Assembly: GCA_009103225.1 (NCBI GenBank)
Contig: RHPI01001715.1
Coordinates: 1 to 64,000, forward strand
Direction of reading: 5' to 3'
Length of the DNA: 64,000 nucleotides
From: Chlorokybus atmophyticus
Lineage: Eukaryota; Plantae; Mesostigma and Chlorokybus algae
A model generated the notes under the pieces. It was not told where the DNA came from and did no database searches. It worked only from the letters and a program-made list of their open reading frames with translations. Position numbers and translations under genes: made by a program. Shown here piece after piece: positions 36,001 to 52,965 of this stretch; the stretch's first letter is position 1, and each line of letters opens with the position of its first letter.

Positions 36001-38590
36001 TTTGAGTTCTGGCTTGTTGCCAATGCTCGTCAGTGCGGTAAGAATGGTCATCTGGTATGCAACGATGGTAGTCTTGGTAGACTTTCTTCAGGAGGTTTAC
36101 ATGTTCTACGCGGCACTCGCATTTTTAACAGCCAAGAATGGCTCCATGCGCCATCTGCATGGCAGCTTTGGCAAGAGCTGCACAACCACAACTACATCTC
36201 AACAATCTTCATTGCGGGGTAGTTGCAAACACCTAGCTACACGAACACCAATGGCATTTCGAACCTAGACAATCGTGGATGACAATCTCCAAAATGGATC
36301 TGCACTTGAAGACTTCAACATGGTGACTGTCACATATTTCAATACCTGAACAATACCAGCAGTGTTAAAGTCCACAACCGTTGAAGATGAATGATGCTAC
36401 AACATGTGCCCAAGGCTGCCTAACTGGTCAATGATTGGCTTCACGTAAGCCTGGAGATTTTTTGGCTGCTTGGGAGCAGGTAATATTGCTGCTATAAAGG
36501 TAGTGTCCATCTTGTGCATATTTACATTTAGCAGGTTCGACACTAAAATTGTGACAACCTAAAATTCATAGTTCCTTGCAAGTCAAGAAACACCTTACTC
36601 ATTTGTACAGTCTCACACCACTTTGAGCATACGGCAAAAAACGAACTTCAATACCTTTGTGCGGATCTCTAAATGGGCTCATCTCGTTAATGAACATTGC
36701 TAGCCGTACATTGCGTGATTCTGTAGCAAACCGGTTGTAGTGTTCTTCAGTGTCCTTGAACATTGGCGAATCTGAGAGCAGCAAGGACACGCGGGGCTTA
36801 CAACCAACTGCCCCCAGCTGACCCGCCAACACATTCACACATGCACAAAAGCACCAGGCAAGGATGCTAAGGACTTACATACTGCCCCAGCATCTCACCA
36901 ACACGCTTCCGACAAACACAAACACAAACACAAGGCAGGACGCCAAGGTCTTACGTGCCGCCTCAACGTCTCACCAACACATTTATGCATGCAAAAAAGC
37001 ACAAGGCAAGAACACACACTGGGGTCTTACATGCCGCCCCAGCGTTTAACCAGCAATCCACGCACACACAAACACAAGTCCTACAGTCATAAAACAGTTG
37101 TGCCTCACTTAACATTTAACTTGTCAATGCGATTGACATATTACCGTGTGTAGATCGCATAATCCCATCCTGACTGCACTTTGTGTGCGCCGTCATCTCC
37201 GCAGCCACTGTAGGCTTCAGGTACAAAGATCTCAATGCAGCAGGTAAGTAAAAGTAGCGTGCAGTTTCCCATGCAACTTGTCTACCTCAAATGTTTATGT
37301 GGCGAGGTGTTTTGCAGTCTGCAAGGCATCAGTTGATTGCTCGCTCATGGGTCACACAGTGACCGTGCAACTGCAAAGGAAATGCAACAACTGCTCACCT
37401 TTGCAAAGTTTCCTCCTGACATATCCCCAATACATCATATGATCACACGTACACGCGTCGTACGCTTGGAAGCCCATGTTTAGGCTTGCAAGGCGATTCA
37501 TGACCTCTCATATGGGTCCTAGCATCTTGTTTGTCTTGGGCAAAACAACATCACGCATCAACCTGTCGCACACACCAACCACTTGGTAATTTGAACATGC
37601 ACAATGCAGCGAGGTCGTGCGTTCTATTTATAAAACTCTGCGCTAGCATCACCTCAGCACTTTGTTCATGAAGTTGAAAGGTATTCAATGTAGTTGAGCC
37701 AAGACAAGTAGCACCATGGAAATGCCCATAGGGGTTGTGCGTGAACCGGCAATAACGGGGTTAGTTGCATTGTCCAACAGCGCAGCATTCACATCGTCAA
37801 GCAGTAGTGCATCAGTACCGCGTGGATTAATTTCCTGCTCAAACTCCACATTGGTTTGGTAGTACAAATCTTGGCTAGGGTCGTCTTCAACTTGCTCAGG
37901 ATTTACTTGCTTTGCAGTTGAGGGGAAGTGCGCTTGAGTGTCAAGCGCACTTGCAGCAGTGGATTTGGTTGTGGGACCTTAATGCTCTGGCGATACTTGA
38001 TGGTGCCCTTCCCCATCATCATTCACAGGGCGTCCTACAGTGCACACTGCAGCAAACGGCACATGAACAATATGCAAAGCTAGCAATGATGAACATACAT
38101 ATGGAGTCAGTTCATACCTCTTGGGTGTAAGTGTGCCTGAGATTTGCAATAAGATGCAACGCTTGTTTGCAATGGCGTGGCTGGTTTAAGGTAAGAAGTT
38201 ACATAAATCCCCGCATGAAGTTGCTGAGTAACCTTTCGGATGTCAGCTAAAACATGCAAAGTTTGTCATTAGCCTGTTGATTTCATAAAGGGAGCCGCAT
38301 TATGTGATGTATTACCTGACATCATGATGGATGATGCAGCAGCAACAGCAGCATCAGCTTCTACAAATTTTTCAGGAGGAAGATAAGAACGGTACATCGG
38401 ACAAACAGCTTTTGGAGTTCCACTCCACATTCTAATGCCATGGTACTCTTGGTTTTCACGTCTAATAATGTGTTTATATGTCAACACTTTGCTCCCTCTG
38501 CAATCCTTGCAAAACACCTGCGGTGGTAGCTCATCTTGCAAGCTGTTGACACGAGTGAGTGTTCTGTTCCTGCAGTCAGCATGCAAAGCG
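33030..38590 (-). pseudogene. CACTA transposase (Transposase_21 / DUF4218 / DUF4216 regions), heavily decayed, interrupted by TRIM-1
   Basis: ATNPVIAGSRTT..VLPKTNKM..MGFQAYDACTCDHMMY (37400-37780); FATESRNVRLAMFINEMSPF (~36680-36740); ILPAPKQPKNLQAYVKPIIDQL (~36420-36490); MLHLLSHL..WLGSVRDHWEWAHERFMQWVK (34300-34420); KKLRTMDCG..HWYGRV (33540-33630). Confidence 0.85.
35069..35598 (+). mobile_element. TRIM-1 (530 bp; 78-bp LTRs)
   Basis: LTRs 35069-35146 and 35521-35598 (TGTAA..GTGACA); PBS-like TTGGTCATCGGAGC 35147-35160; PPT AGTGGGGGAGAA before the 3' LTR; TSD CCATA both sides; no coding capacity. Confidence 0.93.
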
Positions 38591-38849
38591 CAAAGGCACC
38601 ACCGATGATGCCGCTGCCGCTGCCTTTTCGCACTTCTCGGCGCAAGTGTGATAAGGGTTTAAATCGATACAACTCAGATCAAGCCCCGAGTCCAATCCGG
38701 ATGTGCTCCGAAATTTGCGTACCTACTCCTTTTTTTCTTCCATGCATTAGCTATTAGGGTTTGTGTGGCAGGTAGCGTGGCGGCAAAATGCTCGGCGGCA
38801 AAGTGTGCAATTTCCGCAAAGCATACTTGGTTAGGAACGTCAACTTCAA

Positions 38850-39890
38850 GCGATTGCGTCAGCATGAAGATAAGTGCAAGCTAGTCAGTGACCAGTATGG
38901 CCCATGATGCCTGCTGGCACCACACAAGGCAAGGGGAGACAATGTGAGGCAATGCAGACTGCTGGCACGATGCATGAGGTTAGAGTTCTTTTTAGTGGAG
39001 TGCACTTGCCTGCAGTGCTCGCTGTCCAAGTTTGAGTGGGACGAAGAGCCTATGGACCACCGGCCTGGAGCATATTAGGATGGGCATGTGTGCAATGTGA
39101 TTTAACATAAACTTGCGCGCAATGGTCGCGTCAAGTCCATTGCAAGCGAAGATGTTCACAACACGGTAAGCTGAACTGTCCTTGCACGCAGGAAAACAGC
39201 ACTCCCAGACATAAACAACTCACTCGTGACTGTTAAACGGGGGATGCGGTAGTCAATGCAATTAATGTTATCATGATACTTACTGCTTGGCGGAAGGAGA
39301 TTGTTGATGAGGGGCAGTCTTTAGTAGCATGCTGCGCTGTGGTGTATTGGCCTGGGATGAGCATTTCGTGTGCAGGCCGCATCACTTTTTATGCCAACAC
39401 AGGTATATATGTTTGCATATATTGCAGAATTTTTGATGTACATGTGCGCGTTCACGCAAGCACTGGCTCGGAACCATACCATAAAGTACGACGAATATAA
39501 TGAAGACCTACGACTGCACCACATCTTGATAAAGAACTGGAACATGGTAGTTGTGCGTGAGGGTTACGACATGCAAGATGTCCATGCAGTGATGGTTCAA
39601 GTTGGTGATTAAATTTGTTTGGAACTGCAAAACATGCCTGGTCGAGAGCTCGTTGGCCCAAGCCACCACCCATTATGATAACTCGCACACCATGCGACTC
39701 AAGCGAAAGATGTTACAGGCAGCGCGCACTAGATCTCTTTTGCGGCGCTGGTGGCCATGAATATGTACGGGGCAGGGTTTGATGTTGAGAGCATCGACAA
39801 CAGGCCACAACCGTCATACCCATTCAGGTTTTGCCAGATGGAGGCAATAGACGCTGATCTGTCCGCATATGATGCAATGTGGGCATGGTG
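38850..39890 (+). pseudogene. Third, divergent Cys-rich + Tudor + phage-type C5-MTase gene (3'-truncated)
   Basis: CRLLARCMRLEFFLVECTCLQCSLSKFEWDEEPM (38953-39055); LVACCAVVYWPG..AGRITFY|phase-1 intron|..RNHTIKYDEY (39321-39500); WPKPPPIMITRTPCD..RQRALDLFCGAGG, frameshift, MYGAGFDVESIDNRPQPSYPFRF..YDAMWA (39655-39887). Confidence 0.82.
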
Positions 39891-39944
39891 ATTGTGGTTG
39901 ATGCCCAGAATGCAAGCCAGGGATGTTGCTGCTTTGGCCCGTTA

Positions 39945-40474
39945 TGTAACGGGAAGGTACATTACATTACCACAAATCGACCATAAAAGGACCAAGTCTC
40001 TTGTGGTCGAGTGGTTTGTGACATTGGTCATCGGAGCTTGAGACCCGGGTTCGATTCCTGCCTTGCACACGAATTCCGCGGTCGTTGTTTCTCGATCCAA
40101 TAACATCGTAAATGGTCACTTTATAAGTGCCATCATCGATGGGTCGCGACTTGCCTAATGGCAGTCGCGCCGAACTGACCAGTTCAGTCGGCGCGGCAGG
40201 GCGCGACCTGCCTACTGCGGCGACGCGCCCTGTGGGGCCAGCAGCGGAGCGCTATGCGCGCGCTGACCGGTATGGGCCTAGATTGGCCGGTCCTTGGGTG
40301 GTGGGGCCGGTGACCGACCCTAACAAACCCCTTGGGTAATTCCCCAGCTGACCGGGCAGCTGCCGAGGACGTCAGCGTTCTTAAGTGGGGGGGAATGTAA
40401 CGGGAAGGTACATTACGTTACCACAAATCGACCATAAAAGCACCAAGTCTTTTGTGGTCGAGTGGTTTGTGACA
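39945..40474 (+). mobile_element. TRIM-2 (530 bp; 79-bp LTRs)
   Basis: LTRs 39945-40023 and 40396-40474; same PBS, internal sequence and PPT as TRIM-1; TSD CGTTA both sides. Confidence 0.93.
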
Positions 40475-41729
40475 CGTTAGGTTACTAAAGGCTATCAAGG
40501 TGAGGAAGCAGCCAGCAAAGAAAGGCACCAGCGCACGCGGGAGGGGCCGTGGAAAGGGAAGCAGGGGGGTTGGGAAGGGCAACCGGGGCGGTCGTGGGCG
40601 ACGCAGCAGGAATTAGGCATCAGCACAGGGTAGGACATTGTGGTTGCTGCGGTACAATAAGGTAGCATACATGGCAACAATACTAAACGAGATTTGGGGC
40701 CAGCTAACATTTAGCTAACCTTATCAAAAACATTCACGGGCTTTAGCCGGATGTTGTGCAGAGTTATGCAGAGTGATGCAGAGTGATGTCAACTTCCCCA
40801 ACTCACCGCAAACAACCTTGCACTAGCAGTTAATGCAGAGAGTTTATTGCCAATATCGGCTGGTATGTTGAACGTTGCAATCAAAAGGGCGGCGGGCTGA
40901 ACAAAATGTGTATCTTTAGGTCACCCACATTGTAAGTATTTCCACCTGCATGGTTACATCTTTAGAACAAGCTACCGGTACCGGTAGCCGGTACTTATAT
41001 ACCGGTATGAATATATACAAATATACCGGTAGTGCTGATGTATGCAGCTGTTGGTGCATGCGTGGCGGAACGTGAGACAATCGAGGTAGTTGCTGTAAAG
41101 GTTATACTACTTTGAAACGCATCGCAGGGGTGTCTTGTTTCGTTTGGTCAGTCAGTACATGTCCGCGCACGTTTGAAACTCGGCGATGGAGTAGTGAACC
41201 GCCTATCATTACGATCTTTTTATATATATTTTTGCCGCAAACTGCAGCCACAATGGCCACAATGGTTGGTTTTGGTGTCAGATAAACCTGTCAACGTGCA
41301 CACATGCCATGAGCTTGGTTTACCAGGCTTGTGATGTGCTGTTTTCTTGGCTAGCAACAAGGTAGGTAAAGCGGCATTTGTATGCATGTTCTGTCCCTGT
41401 CGTTGCTTTGTCTAAGCTGGGCATGCCCCTTCAACTGCATGCCCAGCTTAGACAAGGCTGTTGCATGCAAGCATGGATGCGCAACACACACACAAGAACA
41501 CAGCAGTGCAAAGTGCATGCAATCGACAGTTGAATTGATACTAATCCCTTTAACGCGTGATCTATCCAGCAATTATTGAAGAATTTGGCCAAAACCAAGT
41601 TCAAGAATAGGCGATACCAATATTAATGCACACCTTTTAATTCACCTTAATGGCAGCTGAATACCAAATTAAATTATAACTAAGGCAAGAAAGGAGGTAG
41701 AAAACGGTACCTCGTTTGCCATTAGGTGC

Positions 41730-43515
41730 CCAACCAAGTTACAGCTGGATCTCAAACCAAGTTGTGGTCAAAGCCAGACTGTTGGGGGGCCATTTCTACC
41801 GGTGAGGCGCCGAATCCGCTGAAGATGTGCTCAAGGTACGCCCGCGTCACCGTGGATGTATTATTTAGTAACATTATCAACTCCACCCACTTGCTGAGGT
41901 GTTCGATGGCGACAAGTATGTATACGTTGTCGCGGCGTGTGATGGGCAGCTCGCCTGCAAGGTCCATGCTGCACCAATATACAAGCCCCATGATGGGCAA
42001 GGGATGCAGCTGAGGGTGGCGATGTGAAAAGCTTGCCCGGATGCAATCGCAGGACCTACACTGTCTGAATACTTCCGCGACATTGCGTGCAAGTTCGTCC
42101 CACCAATAGTCACCACGCACCATATTGGCAGTGCGATTCATGTCGAAGAACCAAAGCTGGTGATGCAAGTTAGCGATAATAGACGCCCGGCGGTTGATGG
42201 GGGAACCTCCTACACTGACCATCGCTTATGACGCGCCATGGAGCGTCATTGTCCCAGGTGTAGTTACTTGCGCGGTGCTACGCGCGGTCAGTTGTCTTTT
42301 GGTCTAGCCTAGCAGGCAGAGCCGGTCCGGTCTTAATCAGCTGCAAGCCACGCTCATTTGTCCAAATGTCCCCTTCACTTGTAGGGGGTATGGTGGCCCA
42401 GAGCATTGGGTTGCGGGCCTCCGTGCGTATGCCGGCTGCCATGACCAACTATGATGGCGCGCTTGCGAGGTGTGTTGCCGTCGTATCGGGCGTCAGTGGC
42501 GTCCACTATAGCGGGATTGGGGTTGCGACTCAAGCCATCGGCACCGGTGTTAACAATGCCTGGCTTGTGGGTAATAGTAAGGTCGTATACTTGTAGCAGC
42601 AAAGCCCAACGCGCGTGCTTGCCAGTGAGTTGATTGCTCGTGAGTAGCCACTGCAGGGGCTGGTGGTTAGTGACCTGCTCAAAATGTAGCCAAAGAGAAA
42701 TGGCCGAAAGAACTAAATGGCCCAAAAAGCACGCTGCTCCCCTCCGGGGAAGGCTTCATAGCTGCTATAGTTAGCTTCCGCCGCATTATTGCTCCTATTG
42801 GCGTAGGCAATGACTTGTTCCTTGCCTTCGCCGTTCTTCAGGCAGAGCACCGCACCCAGCCCAAGCCGGCTCCAACTGATAATGAGTATGAAGGGCTTGT
42901 TGTAGGCAGGGCGCGCCAGGATGGGAGCCGACTGCAGGTGGCCTTTCAACGCCTCTAAGGCTTGCTGCTGCTTTGCTTCACCCCAATGCCAAATGATGGC
43001 TTTCTTCAACAGGGCATTGAGGGGTTTGGCCAACGTGGAGACGTTGAGCACAAACCTTTGGTAATAGTTGGCAAGATCAAGGGAGGCAACAAGACGGGAG
43101 ATGTCCGTGGGTGGTGGCACCTTCAGCAACGCATCCATTTTTGCCTGCTGCACCAGCATTCCATTGGGGACGATGAGGTGGCCGAGATATGGAATCTTGT
43201 CACGTACACTTCTCAAGGTGTGCCGTGAGCCCGTGCTCCTTTGGTCTGTGCAACGCCTTCTTGATGTGCTGCGAGTTCGCTTTAGCAGTGTGGCTAAAGA
43301 TGAGGATGTCATCGATGTAGCACCTGAAATTGTCCAGCCCATTAAGGGTTATGTCCATTACGCGTTGGATGACAGCAGGTGCGTTCTTCAATTGAAAAGG
43401 CATAACCTTCCATTGATACAGTGTCCGCTTGCCCCAAAAAGCGGTCTTGCACTTGTCCTCCGTCTTGATGCCAATGAATCCCAGAGCGCATATCCATCAC
43501 CGAAAAGTACTTGCA
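41730..43515 (-). pseudogene. Gypsy pol, 3' part: RT, RNase H, integrase (truncated)
   Basis: MPFQLKNAPAVIQRVM..CYIDDILIFS; LQSAPILARPAYNKPFIL..GLGAVL..VIAYANRSNNAAEANYSSYE; YWWDELARNVAEVFRQCRSC; CSMDLAGELPITRRDNVYILVAIEHLSKWVE. Confidence 0.9.
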
Positions 43516-43680
43516 AGTACTGGTGGGGCGCGCAACCCGCCTGCGGCGGCGGCAGCGTCCTAGCCAAGGTTTTCGCGGGCATTGTTGTGGGGGGCGTCTG
43601 ATGTGGGCTCTTCCCACACCCGGCCGCCTGCCCACCAGCTAGGCATCTTAGATCCGCGCCTACATCGGCGGATCCGTACC

Positions 43681-45303
43681 ATGGTCAACGCCGACGATCC
43701 GGCGCAGGTGGGTGAGCTGATGGATGACGATAAGACGGAGGCTATGCATACCGCCCTCTCTTCTACTCATCCGTCCTCCCCACCCTCTCCCCGCACTTCT
43801 CCACCTGTCTCCGACGGTGGACCGCCTCAGGCCGGGGCTCCCCCAGCGAGCTCCGGCCCGGCTTGGGTTGCATTCGATCCCCGGCATCCTGCCGGCCGAC
43901 CTGCCCCGAGCACCAACGACACGCTTGCTGGGGCCTCCACCGGAGGCCCTCTCCCAACAGCTGAGTTCCTTGATGCAGTTGTTGCTGGTTGCATGGATGC
44001 GTCCTCTTTTACACCCACCATGCTTGAAGAGCACGAGTGCTTGTCCTTCACCGTGGATGCTCCCCTATTTGATAGGTGGCAATCAGTGCTGAGCTCTCGT
44101 GCACTGGTGTTTTCATTCCCGTTTACACGTGCTCTCAAGTCAGCCACGAGTGTTAGGCTTGCGTGGTTGCAGTTAGTGTGCACAGACAGCCAGTCGACCA
44201 GAATGTTGATTGCTGCACACCCCGTTGCAAGGACTGGCGACGTGCAATGCATTTTTGCATCTGCATCAGGTGCATCTGCAACACAAGTGCTCGCGCGGGC
44301 TCAACGCAACTTGCTCCCGAAGTGCGGGGGCCAGCAAGTTCGGGTCCAGCGGTGGGGGGAGGCTTCCACGACGAGGGATTGGATATCCTTCCTTGGCATG
44401 CGTCCGGAACTGCTCCCCTTCATCCGAGCGGTGATTCAACGTCGGCAAGATTGGCCATCCTCTGCAGAGCGGTCAGTCCGGCTCTACCCCACCCTTTGAG
44501 ACTTCCAGCACGCGCTATGCCTTCCACCCGCTGCCAGGCGCTGTCGTGCCCAAGAAGCTCGCGTTCTGTGTGCCAAGAGAAGGGGGATGGATCACATACA
44601 CGGTGGACGTAATCACACCTTCCTCCCCCCCGCTTTGCTTTTACTGCAAGCGCCCTGGGCATACTCGCGCGAGGTGTCCGCACACTCCAGCTCGAGGTGC
44701 GCAGCAGCCTCCGGCTCATCCTGCTCCTCCGCCACCTCACACATCGCTTCTCCACCCACTCAGGCAGGTGATGCGCAGGGGGGTGTTGCTCCTCCAACGA
44801 CCGGCGACAGCGGCACTCTCTTCGCCCCCGCTGTTGCGCTGCCACCCCACACCTCCACGACTACTCAGTCCGCGGATGGCTGGCAACGAGCCACACGTAA
44901 ACAGAAAGGTGCGGGGCGCCAGGAGGCAGACACGCCCACCACCCGCGCACAGCAATCACACCCTCCTGCTGCTCGCTCCTCAGCTGTTCAGCCGTCCTCC
45001 CCATCCCGTCCTGCACACACCCCACGCTTGGAGTCATGATACGAGATGGTGGAAGAGGATCAGCACGCCGCAGCGCAGCAGGAAGCATCCTCTCCTGTGA
45101 AAGCGCCTCCCACTCCCGTACTTTCAGATGTGTTGGCCCCGCTACTCGCAAAACTCGGCGTTGATATGGGGGAGGGGGAGTTCGATGCGGTTTACGCTGT
45201 TCCAATGCTGGGCACGGGCCTCACCGCTCCTATTGGCCCGGCACAGCTGCTGCTGTCCAATGTTGGCCAGATTTCTGGCCTGAGGGTGGAAGCTATAGCC
45301 CGT

Positions 45304-45335
<32 letters not shown>

Positions 45336-46626
45336 NNNNNNNNNNNNNNNNNNNNNNNNNNNNNNNNNNNNNNNNNNNNNNNNNNNNNNNNNNNNNNNNN
45401 NNNNNNNNNNNNNNNNNNNNNNNNNNNNNNNNNNNNNNNNNNNNNNNNNNNNNNNNNNNNNNNNNNNNNNNNNNNNNNNNNNNNNNNNNNNNNNNNNNNN
45501 NNNNNNNNNNNNNNNNNNNNNNNNNNCCCCCCCCCCCCCCCCCCCCCCCCGCCTGGTCATTCAGTGTCGGAGGAATGGCTGTTGGAAAGGTTGAGCTCTC
45601 CGCTGCAGGCGCTTGGCTACTCCCCGAGCGGAGGTTTGGCGGCGACTGCGCAGCGCTCCATGCTCTCATGCTTTCGCACTTCGAGGCAATGGGCGCCGCC
45701 GCACCAAGCTCTACATCATGCAGGTCCTGCCAGCAGACGTGGCCTCGTTGTCCATCCCGCTCACCCCGGCTCAGCGCTGGGTGTCGCTGGACGAATGGGA
45801 GCTGGCACTGAAGAACCGAGCGGCTGGCCGGACAGCCACCCTGGGTCTCACATTTCTTGCTGCTTTTCATTCATGGAGAGCGGCCCTTTTGAGAGCGCCC
45901 ACCCCATCAGGCGCGACCCCCTCGTCAAGCTCTGTTGCGCGCAGCTCGGTGGCTAGGCAACTCATTTCTCCCCCCAAGCTTGCGAGCCCGGAGCAGCCCC
46001 CGCACAGGCCCGTTTTGCCTGCCCCACACCCGGTGCAGGCCTGTGCGAGCTTCATGTCCCCGGAGAAGCCCCCCCCCGCGTGCGGTGCGCTCGGTGATGG
46101 TCGTCCTCAGATGTCAAGACGGGGAGTGGTGGCTAGGCCTTGGCAGGTGCCCCCAACCCTCTCCCACCCCCTTCGCTCTCGCAAGCTCAGAAGACGTTGC
46201 GGAGGAGCCCCACCTCCGTCACCTCGTGGCAAGGGCTTTACAACTCCCGGAAGACGCTCCGTGGGAGGAGTGGGAGGCTGCCACCAGCGTGCTGACTATG
46301 CGCATGCAAGAGGATCAGATCCAGCGCTACGTGGTCTGGGTGCTGACGGTGCCGGAATATGTACACGACAATGGTGATGGCGAGGTGGTGTGGGCGAATG
46401 TGCGTAAGCTTCCGTGGGCGGCGGGAGGGTTGGAAGCGCTGGTCGGCTCGATCACTGCGTCCGCGCTTGGCCTGTTGCGCTCGCAGGCCCCCAAGCTCCT
46501 TCCGCTGCCACGCAACGCCGACGCCTCGCTGAGGGAAGCTCTCCAGGGGGCGCCAGCGGACCCGCAGGAGATCTCCCTTGAAGAGCTGCTGGGGGTTCTC
46601 CCGCAGGGGAGCTCATCCGCAACACC

Positions 46627-46630
<4 letters not shown>
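43681..46630 (+). pseudogene. LINE ORF1 (gag-like, zinc knuckle), frameshifted, spans an assembly gap
   Basis: CFYCKRPGHTRARCP at ~44635; Pro/Ser-rich linkers; the final open segment 45935-46630 ends in TGA overlapping the ORF2 ATG (ATGA, 46627-46630). Confidence 0.7.
45305..45550. other. Assembly gap (N 45336-45526) flanked by poly-C
   Basis: 191 N bases with C homopolymers on both sides. Confidence 0.95.
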
Positions 46631-51130
<4,500 letters not shown>

Positions 51131-51402
51131 ACGCTCTTAGCCGAAGATAACTCACTCCGCAGGCTAGCTGCTTAGTAGTTCACTTGTAATCTGATACGTG
51201 TCTCTTCTCCTCCCGCTTGTTTGCTTGGTTGTTAATTGGTTTTTACTTAGTTGTTACTTGGTTGTTCTCCTCTGGTTAACCGCTTGGTAGGCAATACCCA
51301 GCATCTACAGATAGGCTCTATTAGTAACTGGTTCCTCAACTTTGCTTGTCTTTATTGATGTAATCCTATGTTGGGCTTTAAAAAAGGAAAAAAGTACTTG
51401 CA

Positions 51403-51810
51403 GGTGCCTATGCTATTGAAGATCTCATTAGGTGTATACATGCGGTAACGATCTAGCACAGTGTGGTTGTTGAGGTTGCGATAGTCACCGCACGTGCGCC
51501 GCTGCGTTCACTGTCCTTATTCATCTTTTAATAGGCAGGATGGTGGCGGCTGCATATTGTGTGCTGCATGCTGCTTCTTCAATGAGTCCTGCGTCCAGCA
51601 GCTTCTTGCGGTTGATTTCAATAAGCTTCATCTCAATCTTTGCCAACGAGAGGTGCTTGTAGAAGATAGGCCCAGGTGTATCCAAGTCGATAGTGAATTA
51701 ATGAAAGTTGCACTTGCCCAAGTCCTTAAGTGAATGTGCAAACTGTGTCTTGTGCTCTTTAAAGAGGGACTTTTACTTGTCCTCGACGTTGCTGGAGGCC
51801 ATACAGCCAA
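51403..51810 (-). pseudogene. Gypsy RT, 5' part (upstream of the LINE insertion)
   Basis: LLDAGLIEEAACSTQYAAATILP..CGDYRNLNNHTVLDRYRMYTPNEIFNSIGT. Confidence 0.85.
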
Positions 51811-52039
51811 TGCGCCAACATTCTTGCTCTGGTTGTAGCGTAGTGAGGGATGTCCAGTGCTTCTTCAAGTGCTTAAAGCTCGACGCCGTGAATCGCCATG
51901 GAGACGAATTGTGGGTCCCTGGTTTCTGCAGGCTCTTGCCCCCNATCACACCCCCCGCGCGTTTGGCCGAGGTGGTTAACACGGCCAATATCTGTTTCAA
52001 AGGGCCAAGCATGTCTCCAGCAATCAAATCATGTTTTGG

Positions 52040-52965
52040 GTCCATGGCTCAACCAAGCAGCTCTCGGCAATCGCATTTTGCCCGCTTGGGAGCATGTGTG
52101 ATGGCACTCGGCCAAAATCCCTTGCCAACTCGCGCTCAGTGGCCAAAGGTTTACAAAGACAGTTAAGATTGACATCCCAAACCATCCCAATGTTGCCATT
52201 GAGAAACGAATGTGAGCCTGGATATGCCACAGATGATGAGAAGGCATCCATATGACGATTAACCTTGTTGCATTGGTGAAAGTACTTGTAGTCTGGCCAA
52301 GTTAGCGATTGGGGTGTAGCAACATGAACCAATATGTCTTGCATAAATAGGCCAAGAGGCCTAACAGACAGAAGTTGCGCTGCTGTTAAGTCTTCTATCT
52401 TGGCAAAGCTTGTCCACTTGCTGCGCAACCGGTAAGCACAAGAGCCATGAGCAGCAGCGTCGATTACCACGGGTGCGTCGAGCACCGTGCAAATGTCTTT
52501 GTAGTCGGCACGCACATTGCCGTGTTGATCATCTTGAGCACAGACGTTCTCAAGAATGTATGCAGGAGGTCTGTCAGATTGCTGCTGGTAAAGTGTATGT
52601 GTGATACGAACCTACTCCCAAAACAACTTGGACCTGGAGCTTTGCAGGCTAAGTCCTTTGCCTGCGCGTGAGTGCCCTTGACATTCCCATCCGGCTACGA
52701 TGAGGTCAATCCCCCCCCCCCCGTGCCGGCAGGTGTTCCCCTATGATGAGGCGGATGTTCTAAAGCAAGGTACAGAGGCTGCTTGCAGTTACGGACGAAT
52801 GTAGCAGTGGGAACCTTTGGCGCTTCTAAAGCAGGTAGTAAGACACTGCTGTCTGTGCTTGCGGGCTCGGGTCGCAGTAGAAGTACTAATTGGGATGCCC
52901 ATGCTCAGCACAGATGCCAATCCACTGCCGACCCCTCCAAACAAAATAAACACAGTGATGCCGCT
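52040..52965 (-). pseudogene. Retrotransposon-embedded C5-cytosine methyltransferase domain, decayed
   Basis: GITVFILFGGVGSGLASVLSMGIPI (motif I, 52890-52965); IDLIVAGWECQGHSRAG (IV, ~52660-52710); PAYILENV (VI, ~52545); DAAAHGSCAYRLRSKWTSF (VIII); PLATERELA.GF..RELLG*AMD (X). Confidence 0.85.

Larger units (their letters stand above)
30960..41034 (-). mobile_element. CACTA/EnSpm DNA transposon, decayed (left end uncertain)
   Basis: TnpD-like transposase remnant, PHD+Ulp1 gene and divergent Tudor-MTase gene; candidate right end TACCGGTAGTG at 41024-41034 (reverse complement CACTACCGGTA) after five CCGGTA motifs. Confidence 0.6.

Noticed and set aside
35069-40474. CRISPR-like repeat/spacer pattern of the 78-bp repeat
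   Set aside because: Repeats occur as pairs with identical interiors, PBS, PPT and TSDs, i.e. LTRs; eukaryotic context and no cas genes.
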